In this document: piece by piece, positions 1 through 12,542 of the stretch
Position numbering within the stretch: position 1 is the stretch's first letter
Layout: every line of letters starts with the position of its first letter
Source: Tubulanus polymorphus
Lineage: Eukaryota > Animalia > Nemertea
Assembly: GCF_964204645.1 (NCBI RefSeq)
Contig: NC_134027.1
Coordinates: forward strand, 5,798,485-5,862,484
Length of the DNA stretch: 64,000 bases
Direction: 5' to 3'
Translations under genes and position numbers: made by a program
Notes under the pieces: model-generated
Told to the model about the DNA's origin: nothing
The model's input: the letters and a program-made list of their open reading frames with translations, nothing else
Database searches by the model: none

Positions 1-856
1 TCTGAAAACTACGTACCACCCAATTCCCCATATCTCATTAAACATGCTAAATCGATGATCTTATCTATTTTATTTATAGGAATTCACACATTTTTTGGTA
101 TTCCAGAGAAATAAACATCGACGCAGCGTTCTTTCTATGTCTGATTAAGAGTATAACTTCGCCCCCTCTATTTATTCTAGCTAGCTATTCAATTTGATCA
201 TTAATCACTACTGTGGCGGTACACCATTGCTGTTTTAGCTGATTGATTGCATAACAAACGCCTGATTGCTTCATATTGATTCGCATGATGTATTGATGAA
301 TACATGAATTTTACAACATAACATTCGACATTTTCCCAGTTTCCAAACAACGAAGTGAAGGGTATTTACATTTTTGTCACCAGCCTGACCTGATGATTAA
401 TGATTACTTAAGCTGAAAACCAACTTGATGTTGATATACATATCCGGTAATACTGAATTTACCAATTTAACTGCCACTAACAGAATCAATGGCTTTCCAA
501 GGTATGCAAATTCCCTTCTGTAGCCATTCAATGTCTAGGCATTTGTAGAACACGCTCTAACAACATTTTTTTTTAGATATGCTTTGGCTCATTCGTTCCT
601 CAATATCTAATGTCCAGCAATAAGACCGAACAGATTTCATCAGAAAATGGAACCGAGAGAATACGGTAGTCAAAAAGTTAAGACCAGCTCTCGAAGTTCT
701 ACTATCGACGAATCAAATGGCAGCTGGTCAAAACCTATATTTTCAGTTGGACCACCTTTTGGTAGCCGGCACACATATTTTTTTCATCAGATGATCACAA
801 TTGAGGAATTGACAAGCCGTGTACATCTACATTTAATTTACAACAGCTAATGTTAC

Positions 857-3800
857 CTGATCGAGAAAAGTTTCTTGTCTGTATTAGTTTTGTTTGGGGT
901 TCCAGTTGTACTGTAATTTACAGTATGATGTTAATGTTAGACCCTGACTAAACTACTGAATTTTTCTCTACCATTAGAATGACTATTCTTTTATATATAT
1001 AATATCATAAGTTGCACAGTTTAATAAATACACATTAGTTCATTGATTCGAGTATGAACCTCTGAAAATGAAATAAATATCCACCGATAAAATCATTCAA
1101 AGAAGTTGATACAGCATTCTCCCTGCATTCGGAAAAAATATTCTTCCATATTTTTGCTTATGATTTAAGAATAGTACGTTAAAGAAGAAAGAATAGATGA
1201 GAGAAGATAGTGATAGAATTCTAACGAATCGAAACTAGGTACAAAAAAGGAAATAAGCACGGTAATAAAATGTATGAGTAAATTATACACCAAGTCATAA
1301 GGTTAGAGCTTTAGAGGTATTAGAAAGACTAGCTCCATAGTCTGTTAAAATAATAAAGAGGTGACCACGGAAAAACTGACCACAGCACAGCTCATTTGTA
1401 CACCTAATTTGATCTATGAATCTGCAACATCAGATACTGCCTCAAAATACAGCCAGCTACTGATTAGCTTCCTCTATGCAATACAGCAGCCCCTTCCTAC
1501 GGAGTTTTATGGCTCATAAAGCATAGATTGAAGAATGGTGGAAGCTACTGATGCCGATCTATACCAGGAATGCATAGTTTCAAAACTGGACGCCATAAGA
1601 TATTCAAACAGTTCGTTAAGTCTGAGAGAACCACGAATTTCATAGCATTGCACATTTATGAACTACGCTGTGGTCGGAAACAGAAAATAATGACAGACCT
1701 AAACATTACCAGCGTTTACCAGGTTTTATACAATAGTCTTTTCATCCATCAATAAAAGCCATATCATTCAGAGCTGCTCAACCAAAGCACAATAAGAAGG
1801 TTTTCTTATACACCGTATACACAAGACTTGAGATAAGACCAGGCTTTTACTAACACCAACCTAAGCATCAAGCCCATTACAAGGACTTAAGTGATTCTTG
1901 TGCTCTGCACCATGTTGCTTTGGATCTATCCATCTGAACTTCTTGCAAAGCTATAGGGCTGGCTCAGTTATGATATACGTAGGTGATAAATTTGAAAAGA
2001 CCCGATAAACCACGAAGAAATAATGAACAGTGATGGTATAGAAATTACACTATTCACAGCAAGTTAGCTCAATCAGTGCTCTTTACCTGGTCGTTTTAGA
2101 AGCGTCGGTCAACAGACTTGCTTTTTCATCTCTTTTCGCACCATCACTGGGAAAACATGCACAAGATTAGAACAGAAATATTCTCAAGACTCAATTGATA
2201 AACGTTTACGCAAAGAAAAATAGCGTGACAAAAAGGAAGGTTGAATAAGCATCAAATACGTAGGCGGGAGGCTATCCTATTCGGTCGTTCATCTACATGG
2301 CTAACAACAAAAATCTACACTATGATCATTTTTATTTTAGGAGGATTTTCCATTTGACCACTGCATGTCGAAACCATTCACCCATAGAAGACAAAATTGT
2401 AATGTATTTATTGTATACCTCCCTCATGCTATGTCAGCAGTAGCGATGGAAGGAAAAGTACCTAGATTTGTTACAGCATTCTGCGTTTGCTTTCATTAAA
2501 GATGAAATCTTAAGTAACATTGGGTAAATTCTGTGTCCAATAAAAACAAGACAGAATCTAAAATCAATAATTCATAGCTAGACTCGCGAATCGAGGAAGT
2601 CAGGGGTCCCGGGAGAGAATGTTCTGGTAATCTGGAGAGTTTCACGCATCGGGGAAACATTTCTAATAGAAAATGATACAACAAAAAAAAACAACAACAG
2701 TATAAAACAAAAATGTCTATGAAGAAGCCATATCTTGTTAAATGCAAAGTAGATTGAGTGATGAAGTGCTGAAGAATTTCTTAAGTTCACATACAATGCA
2801 CTAATCCTTAGAATGCGGAAAATTTTCAAATATCGATAATTCATAACAGAACACCGAGTTCTCTTGAATCAACTGACAAATATTTCCTCTCATGCCGGGA
2901 ATACAAGCAAAACATTCGTGACAAAGAGCGGCTTGCGCGGAGTTCCGATCGGAGAATATTAGCAATATCTTACTTGATAGATGCCAAAGCAATCATCGGC
3001 TCCGTACCCAGTTTACCAGGCACACGCAAATCAAACTGGTATTTCTTGTAGAAATGACGAACAAATCAATGACTTGAATAATGAATTACATTAAGTCTGA
3101 TGAAATTATGCTACAGATTAATACCGGTAACCAACTGTTCATTTCAGAAACAGCACCGAATGAACTTACAGCCACAGACAAACATTAAATCAGTTATTTC
3201 AATTCCTTGCAACTCAAGAGTTTTCACACAAGATAATAAATTTACTCTCTTGAAAACATGGCCGATTCTGGGACTTCACAAGACACACGAGAAAACAGAA
3301 ATCAACACCTTCATCTTATCAAAATCAACCTTTTTAAATCCCAAGTCGTTTAAAGGAAACCCCTGAATTGTGTTTTAAAACTGGTAGAATTGAGCGTACC
3401 TTGCGTTAATTAATGAGCTATCATCATCACACATTACACAAGCATCCGCCTGTCGAATTTAAATTTGCAACGATCCATTTTCAGTTCAATGCCGTAAAGA
3501 TTACTCTTAATAGCTCCATTCAATATTCCTGAATTATTAGTCCGAGAGCTCGTTTATTCTAATCGTTTAGAAACATTAATGACCGTCGACATATATCATT
3601 TTCTGAGGTGTTGGAAAGTCGAGATCGTTGATTAAGTTAGTTTAATTATTGATTAATGATCAGGGCATCAGATACAATAGAAATCTCATTAAAATCACGC
3701 GGTTTAAATTTGAAAATCTGATTAAAAAGAAAATTGATTACACACATTTGAAATGCGTACGTGTGATTGATTACAATGAGTGCTGACAGGATTTCATATC

Positions 3801-6569
3801 ATACGCTAATCAGACAGAAAATCTATACCTACAACTATGATTCGATTAAATTATGCCGTATATCATTTCCTGATGATTGCGGAAAAAAAAGGTGTGATCA
3901 TTTCATCAGTCGAGTAGAAGTTTAAAAAGGTTAAAATGGGGCAAACCATGCACGAAAATCATACTGTTTTCATAATACCAGTACATCAATACTAATCATA
4001 AAAAGTGATCAAGCATCTTATTAAAATAGAAGGAAAACCGACCTAACTAATCATATAGTAATAATAGTATATATATAATGTAATCAAAAAGTACATGTAG
4101 TATGAAGACAGCTTAGATTTGTACTAAAGGTAATAAGTTTGGACAGAAGACCCTGACCTTTTTCAATGAACTTACCCATATATATCAATGCTAATGATGA
4201 TAGAAGTACATAGATTAGTATTCAATATAACTATCTTTGATGATAGGAAGATTACTAAATCATCGAACAGAATATTGAACATATCATAAATTTGTTAATA
4301 AAATTTAAAAAAAAAAAAACTTGACATAATTCAATTGAGAACTGAAGCCATGAATCAATTAAAGCAATTAACTAGAACAAAAATTTCCAAAGCCGCGAGA
4401 CAGCTCACTACACTGTCGCATAATCGCTTCGAGAGGAGTAAACACAAGAGCTGCCAGTCACAGATGAGCAATCCACACCTGGCATAGTCGCAGCTAATTT
4501 GTTTACTACGTATCTCTCAACGTATCTCTCAACAAAAGCCGCAATAACAGAAACTACTTATCAAAATCAAACCTTGGTAATAGTGTAGTTAAAGATGCGG
4601 ATTCAACTACATATTTACGTGAAGATACGCTCTTAGCTTTAACAGCCGATTCACTAAACACATCAAACAATATTAACAAATGATGCTTTTGAAACATTAA
4701 AAAACCTACTCGGGAAAAACACAGTACGTAAACCAAACTAAATATTCCATGTATCTTCAAATCAATACGAACTTATCAATCTATCAGGGTAAAACTGTGA
4801 AACGTCTCACCTTTGAGTTAGAGGTACAGCACCTTCCTGCTGCCCAGGCGCATTCACATGGTATACACAGAAGTGACGTAAAATCGGTTGCATTTCGGAA
4901 TAGTTAAAAAATCCCTGGAAACATGTAACATCTGAAAAAAAAAATTTAGTTAGAATCTGAATGTTTGGTCCATGATAAATCCAGTTAAATAGGACTCACA
5001 ACCAAGAATATCAGGTTCTCTTAGAAAGTTATACATATACTTACGATTCATTCCGATGTCATGGTAAGTGAGTATAGCTGGTTTGGATCTATCCCCTTGA
5101 ACTGCAACATGTATGAGACCATATGGTGTTTCAATATCATCTTCCTAAAATGAAATGATATAAATTATAAATCGAGAAGCATTTTTTGATGATTCTAACG
5201 AAGTCTACAACTACGGTCAATAATTAGAAGAATGTATTGTAAATGAATTGGTTCAGAGGCAAATATTTTGTCCTAAAAAGATTCATTACGCGTATCTTTA
5301 AATAACAAGGAATGGAAGTATTTAGATGATCATTACATCAAGCAATCATACAGTTAAAATTTCAGTGGTTATTGGGTGAGGTTTTTTCCGGTGTAAGTTA
5401 CGGAGGTGCAGTAAGCCTAGTGAAATCCAAGAAGTATGCGCATAAAAAGACTGATAAAGACTCTCATAAAGGCCTGTCCGTAGTTCAAGAAGCTTCTTGG
5501 AACAATTCCTGATTTTAAATAGAAATTTTCTGCGCAATGAATAAACCCACTCAATTTGACACACAAGCCTTGTTCCTCTGTTGACAGCCAAATACCTTAT
5601 GTCAAACTAAACCCTAAAGCTGAAAAGCTACCGTATGGTAATTATGAGTGGATTATATATTAATGTTCTATGTCAGTAACCATGATTTTAGATGTTCATA
5701 TCGTTAGCTGGTAAATGGTTAATAACAATAGAATCATGTAAATGAAAACTCCAATAGATAATCCATAATGTTGTAGAGTATATTTATCCTGCTACTCACC
5801 TTACTCGACCGTTCCTGGATAAAAAGAACAGGATCTCCGTAACATATAGAAATTATATCGAAAAGGAATTCGTGCATTGATCATTCTATCAAGGACTGGT
5901 GGTAAATATATATATATATATATGCATAATTATTCAAAATCTAGATTATGGTATTTCAATAATTCTAATTTCATCAATCAGAATATTTCGTGCTTCCTCG
6001 AGGAACAAATTACTAAAATTTCTCTAATTGAACTCACCAACAAGTCACCTAAGTACGTATTTGCCTATAAATACACAGTTTCATATCATCTTTCTTTCAT
6101 ATTTAGGATTTTCAGTAGCATCGATATCAATATTTTGCAATGCTTTTTTGATAACAAGAAAAAAAAAGTAAATCAAGAATTTCCCAGGTTAGCCAGGCCA
6201 TTTTTAAAACATTCTAAGGATGATCGATCACGTAAAAAGCTTTAGAGCGAGGTATTCATCTTCTCTCGCCAGAGTAAAGCCGTGAAAATTTCTCTATACA
6301 CACAACATATTGATTGAAATAACAATCCAAAACCCACAAATTCCCGAAGGACGTTCAGTCATTAGATTTTGAAAACATAGGCTACATAGATTTTCGATAA
6401 ACTAAAACTCTAAATGTTACCAGAACCCAAGTTACCAGATAAGAGAATATTAGTGATATTTTTGAAAATGTACCTGTAATATGTTATACGATGGATCTTT
6501 AAGTACTCGTGGTTGAGTATCATGTAATTGTATTCCTGATAATTCAATCTCTGTCAGTTTTTCTGCCAT
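857..6569 (-). CDS. NDRG: NDRG family protein (N-myc downstream-regulated, alpha/beta-hydrolase fold), 5' part; gene continues past the window start
   Basis: AG/GT-bounded exons 6569-6474 (MAEKLTEIELSGIQLHDTQPRVLKDPSYNILQ), 5144-5045 (EDDIETPYGLIHVAVQGDRSKPAILTYHDIGMN) and 4931-4811 (HVTCFQGFFNYSEMQPILRHFCVYHVNAPGQQEGA) join in phase and carry the NDRG motifs TYHDxGxNH and CVYHVxAPGQQEGA. Candidate small exons at 5814-5800, 4190-4176, 2146-2087 and 910-857. Paralogue (NDRG1-4) cannot be assigned. Confidence 0.93.
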
Positions 6570-8329
6570 TTTGTTCGTCTGCAAATAAATAAGGGCTATC
6601 ATTACAGGCTGACGATGAAATGAAATTAATATTTGAAAAGAGAAATTGCATCATAAAACTCACAAGCTAATGGTGCAAAACCTTATCATTTAGGCTAAAT
6701 AAGCATATATTCTATTTCAGCTAGTACCTGAACTATTCGCTAATCAAATGGACTTAAAATTTCAAAATAAATCCTTTGTAATGAAGCCCACTGGGCGTGT
6801 CAAACTCAAAACTTACATCTTGAATATCCATATTAGAATTAATTCTTATGTAACATTCACTATACAAATATCATTCCTTTGGGACGCAGTAAATCCAAAG
6901 AACCTCACAGTGCGCCCAAGTAAATAACCTTTTTTTTAGAATTAACAACAAACTCAGTTTGTTCCGCTGCTAGATACTGATGTAACTAGCTGCAGCCTTT
7001 TATTCTTTGTCTATCTGATTTATCTATTTGATAGATGGTAGTGACACATATTGAGTGGCTGGGAAGATACTCTTCAAGCATTCCCACACAGACCAATACA
7101 AATTGTAGTGACTGATTTCGACAAGAAAACATGGTAAGAAAACATCAATGACTGGGTGAAATATACAATTGTTTTTCAAAATACCCTTGCCAAAATGGAA
7201 CCAGGTCCCATACAGATGAAAAAGCTATAACTGGTGGGTACTGGCTGGGCAAGGGCCAGGATTAGTTCCAGGACAAGTTTGTTGATTGCCACAATGGGCA
7301 TGTGCGAATCCACTGAATCTGAACTAATTATAGACTGTAGGGCCTGTAACAGAGGTAAGTTCGAAATCTTTCCGAAGAGTGGTTGTTCCTAAAAATCGGT
7401 TAAGAATGACTGACTGAATGCCACCATGGAAAACCAGTTTTACTTCCAGGCTTGTGCAGTACAGGCAGATTTTGCCAATTTTCTTAGATTGATAGAACAA
7501 TTTAATGACATTATAGATAATCAAACCTCCAATAAACTATTCAAACTGTCGTGGCAGAAATTCCTTGGTCCTAAGAAAAACCTTTCTTGAAATGGATCAG
7601 CCCGAAGTTACAAACTCTTTAAATGACACTTTCATCGGACTATATGGTGGGGAGTTGGCTCCACTGTTTATATGGTACCTAGGATACTGTGAGGGGGTCA
7701 AAAAAGTTTACAAACCTTTTTGACCCCCCTCAAGTGTCAGGGGCCAGTGGCAGTGTGGGAGTTGAGCGAGAAGGGGTGACTTATATCGATATACTCATTT
7801 TTATAATCCTTAATACTAGCCTATAACATCTATACTACGTTATTCACTGTAAACAATATAGGCCTAAAGCAATAAACGTATTATTTTTCAAGGTGTCAAT
7901 AAACTGCCAAGTTAGTTTCCTCACTTGTATTTAACATTAACTTGTTGGTCAACGACAACTAATTTGTGAATGGAATTTTATCCAGTTTTTCAGCCGCAAC
8001 CATTAGGCAGATATACAGAAAATATTTTGGATTGAATTGTAATATAGAATGACGACAGCTTCCTTTTAATCATAAGAGACGTATAATATTGTAAGGTCAT
8101 TGACGGCAGATTTTGGTAATTAGGATGACTACCTAACCTACGCGTGTGTAAGAAGATTTGCGCAGTTAGACCACTTGAGAGAGGAAAATCTGAAGTTTTT
8201 TCAATGGAGATTCTTTAAACCATATGTATCGTAATTTACTATGATGAGAATACCGAATAATAGATTTACCAGAGACTTGACCACGTTTATTTAGTTACCT
8301 TTAGAGTTTATAAATTCACGTCTTCACTT

Positions 8330-8490
8330 CTAGGATTTTTACTTCCGCATTCGCTACCCAACCTTGACATTGGCTCACGAAATGTAAAACCGAATGTGAT
8401 TGGTCGATTTTGACCTAGTTTGAAAATATTATCCAATTAGACACCTTTTAAGAAATTGTGACATAAACCCGGAAGTCCGGTAAACTGGAA
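8330..8490. promoter_or_regulatory. Putative bidirectional promoter between NDRG (-) and the PPxY membrane-protein gene (+)
   Basis: ETS-like sites ACTTCCG (8341) and CCGGAAGT (~8469), CCAAT boxes in both orientations (~8399 ATTGG, ~8433 CCAAT). Flanked by candidate non-coding first-exon donors on each strand (minus ~8269/8298; plus GTAAGT at 8625). Confidence 0.55.
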
Positions 8491-9114
8491 GTAATTTTCC
8501 CATTCTGAACACCGTCGACAAAACCATGATAAATACTATGAGAATTGGTTCTTACACGTATGGATTTCCAGTGGTCCATTCTTAGAAACGCTGATTCGAA
8601 CGTTGAAAAAAATGTAGATATTTTGTAAGTCCTGATTCTGAACTGAACTCGTGAAAATAAACGATATTCGATCCGATCAGTGAATTTGTTCAATAAATCT
8701 ATCACTAACCAGCTAACAGTATCATGTTGTTGCAGACTTCAGCAACCAAGGACTTCCTTGGCTACTACCTCACAGTAAAGTTTTGATTAATTCTGAACAA
8801 TTGTTGATTTATTAAGATAAGATTTGGGTAGGGTTAAGAGCTTGGTAGGATAGGGTAAGCAAAAGGGTGCCGAGTGAGATAATTGGTAGTTTGAAGTTGA
8901 TTGAAGAACATTTTATCAACACACTACCCTGTTGTTAACCGTGTTGGCCTATATCTGATAACTGCCTGATTGAGATTATCAGTGTGAAAGTCATCTGATT
9001 CAAGCACGTAGGTGCATTGTAATGTAATACTATCAAAGACTACTTAAAACAGGAGTAATAGGAGACATGTAGTTGAATCCGATTGTTCTGAATGTTCTAA
9101 TTGATATTTTCAGT

Positions 9115-9972
9115 ATGATGGATTTGAATTCGAGTGGTCCACATTTCTTAGAAGAGCTGATTATCATCGTGGTGCTGTGTATCATAGGAGCTTTGCTGAT
9201 ATTTATCATCATTTATTGTATTAAAAAACGGTGGAGTGAAAGAAATAGTAAGTAGGGGTGGGAATCCCTGATTGCTATAAATAGATCGATAGCTGATATT
9301 CGGAGTATTGATCCAGAATTTGAAGAAACGAATGAATTTGATATATTACAGCATTGTCACAGACGGATGATACAACATCACCTGATCGTGTTGGTCACCA
9401 TGTTGCATTTGAACCACCTCCGTCTTATGTCGAAGTTATGACAACAGATCGCTATCCAACACCCGAATTTGTTCGCACTCACTTGCCAAATTACCTTTCA
9501 TCCACGTCCATTCATAGTTCATTTTATAGTTCATGTGTAAGTATTCATTCAGTTGGAGCTGTTACTGAAAATATTTTCAGATACAGGGGCCAGTTGCGCA
9601 GTCGTGACTTACGTCCAAAAGTGGTCTTAAATCTTAAGAATGGTCTTAAGTTGTTAAATTGGCTATAGAACTAAGTTGGTCTTAGACTGGTCTTAAGTCT
9701 AAGCCATGACTATGCAACCGGCCCCAGCTCTAGTTAAATACTCTTCTTGGTTTCTACACCCAGCAGTGTGGCATTGATATTACTGATTCAGGCACTTTCA
9801 AGAAGACTTAAATGAAATGTTCTTTGCCAAAAATGGATAAAAGAATATGTTTGTATTTCAGCATTCCATGCACATGATATCGCCATTGGCTGAAGGAGTA
9901 GAGCAAACTCCACCGCCTAGTTATGAAGATGCGACTAAAACTATTGACGAACATAGTGTTATTCCGACGTAG
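9115..9972 (+). CDS. 142-aa single-pass membrane protein with PY motifs (candidate NEDD4-family/WW-domain adaptor)
   Basis: Exons 9115-9247, 9352-9536, 9862-9972 join in frame (429 nt). Hydrophobic helix LIIIVVLCIIGALLIFIIIYCI followed by KKR; cytoplasmic tail with PPPSY (twice) and LPNY. Confidence 0.8.
9586..9725. mobile_element. MITE-like non-autonomous DNA element (~140 bp) in an intron of the PPxY gene
   Basis: 26-bp terminal inverted repeats (GGGGCCAGTTGCGCAGTCGTGACTTA vs reverse complement of right end, 21/26 match); internal TGGTCTTA repeated four times; no coding capacity. Confidence 0.7.
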
Positions 9973-12542
9973 TCGGAAACTTTCATGACACGCGCGAATT
10001 CCTCACTGTCTGTGATATTAATGATTAGTGTTCAGATCATAACTGTGGATGTCGACTCCCTGGAGATGACTTAGGAGTTTGATGAGACACTTCCATGGCG
10101 GAAATCCATCCCATCTCATTTCCGCTTTGAGATGAAGTGAAATAAACAACATCGTATCATCGACTAAAACTCAGGTTATAACCAGTTGCCTGCAAGATGC
10201 ATAAATCAGTATTTTTGTGAGATCACTTTGTTAGTACAAGAGTTTCGCTAGTGAATATTTCAAATGCAACTATGATGAATACATCACTGGAAACTCTAGA
10301 TAAATCAATGATCATTGAATGAATTGAATTCGTTTCATGAAAAAAATCAAATTTGTATATGTTTTGTTCATGAATGCACTACAACAGATTATGGAGAGAA
10401 AGGCTAGTCATAACTTTGAAAATGTTTTAAAAGCTATGGTCTTTGTACCTTTGAAATGTACCGGTAATTGCTGGAGTTTTGAGTGTTGTCATTTTATTAG
10501 TCGTATAACTTAGAATGCAAAGTTCCTTACCTTGGTAAATGTATCCCTAGAGAACCTATCTAATGAAAATTAACTCAGTGAAGGGCCTCTTGGTTTTCGT
10601 ATATAACCATTTCATTTGTTTTAACAAATTCTAATGATTTATGCATACATGTATAATGGTCAGTTACCTGGTATCTCTTTCGAATAAGTTACATTAGTTA
10701 TAATTTTCCATGGTACCCACATTGAAAAGCTAAATCAACGAAAAGATATCTGAATACTTAACAGAGTTTGTCGCATGGCAAATAACCACAAGGGTTTTTA
10801 ATGCTTTGGGTTGCTTATGAGAAGTACATTTTGTATATCATGGATGTAAAGAAGATGATTCATCTGCCTGCCTGTTGCAGTGGTTTTAGTTAGTTTTAAA
10901 CAATCAGTATTTGCTTTTTCCAGTTCATGTAGCGTGTACCGGCTTAAATACATGTGTGGTATCGTCATTCTATCATGAGCTTGAATCTCGCCAGTTATTT
11001 TATTCATACGCTCCTTCCTCATTATTTAAACATTTCTAACTTGAGTACTTTACATACAGTGCAGCATGTGGTGTATTTTGCTGTTTTTTTATACACTCTC
11101 GCCACGCCATTTTCATTTCTGTTTTGTATCCAATTTTATGCAATGCTTGTATATTCATCATGGAAATTCTTTATTTGGTCATATTGCTGTCGGCTCTAAA
11201 TTGAAATTGGTTTTGTAGAATGTAAGTCCTAATGAAAATGCTTATCTATACAAGCGAGGGTGAATTTATATGTTTGTATATATTCAATGTATTGTTATAC
11301 TACACTTAAGTGCTGATAATATATATATAAATGAGGTATATGAAATATACCATTCTTTCTATTTTTATCATGAATAGGAACAAATAAAATATTTTACCTT
11401 TTCTCACTAATAGTTCTTTTTCGCTGATGTACTTTTCCATTTATTTTGTCTGTCAGGTGATTTCATAAGAATCGATATGAAAAATGGGCAGAATTAGCTT
11501 TCAGTTGATATTTTTGACTGCTGTGGGTCTTGCTATTTGGCCCGCACCATTTACGCTAAAGAATCTTAGGTTTGACATAACATGGATGTATAGATTAGAT
11601 TCTATTTAGTTTATTTGTATCTAGTCTATGCGTCCATTGTTAGAATTAAGCGAACTAGCGGTTCGTTCCAGGATTTCCATTAAAAAAAATGTCCCATGAT
11701 CAAGCAACCGATTTTCTGAGACGACAAGTGTTTGCTTCAGTTCTAGAGCTTCAATGCCCGCTTATTGGCTATAGCCATTAAAACCAGGAACTATGAAATG
11801 AACTAAGCTTAGTTAATTTTTAAATCATTTATAGTCTTTATTGCCGCCAGTAATACACAGATCTACACAAATCTACACAATCTATGAACACAACTTTAAA
11901 ATTGAATGTTATCTTAATGATTACATTAGCCTGTCATCAATTGAAGTAAATAAATCTCTGCCAACTAGCAATACCTCATTCAAAACGTCACAATATTCAA
12001 TAACAACATTAACAATCTATATTTAGCTCAAATATAAACGTATCTAGTCTAAAAGATTTCACATAAAATAAGCGAATATTTTATTCACTGAATGAATCAT
12101 ACATAAATAACACATGGGTATGTAGTAAATTATCACAGTAATGAATTACCGGTAGAAGTTTTTCAAATGTTGTCCAACAGAAATTGGATTCTTTTACTAT
12201 CGAACAAAGTAGACCAGATTCTCTCGATTACATCACTTGAGTGGCGAGAAAAAGAACATGCTATATTTCAACCAGTAGTCGAGGCAAGTTTAGAAAAAAA
12301 GAGCGAGCAACTTTTTCGTTCACAAAAGGCTTGTGCTCGTTGTCGACTCCTCAACGGAAAATTTTGTGTGAGTGTGTGTGTGAACCTAGCATTTAGTAAT
12401 CACAAATGTATTCATGTCTTGCAAAATGGGGAAGGCATAAAAAATGCAATTGAGTTTCACTAGAATTATAACTCAGAATATTTCATATGGCACCTACCAT
12501 TTTCAATTAAAACTAAACCCTAATGAAGCAAACAACATTCAA

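Noticed and set aside
2419-2480. Two short exon-like segments (19 and 10 nt) in the NDRG intron
   Set aside because: Lengths not multiples of 3, gap of 33 nt too short for an intron, in-frame stop in one.
5596-5613. 18-nt AG/GT-bounded segment in an NDRG intron (possible poison microexon)
   Set aside because: In-frame stop (GGT TTA GTT TGA) and only moderate donor; indistinguishable from chance without RNA data.
7690-7732. GC-stem hairpin TGAGGGGGTCAAAAA...TTTTTGACCCCCCTCA
   Set aside because: Short, homopolymer-driven, probably a repeat remnant; not miRNA-like.
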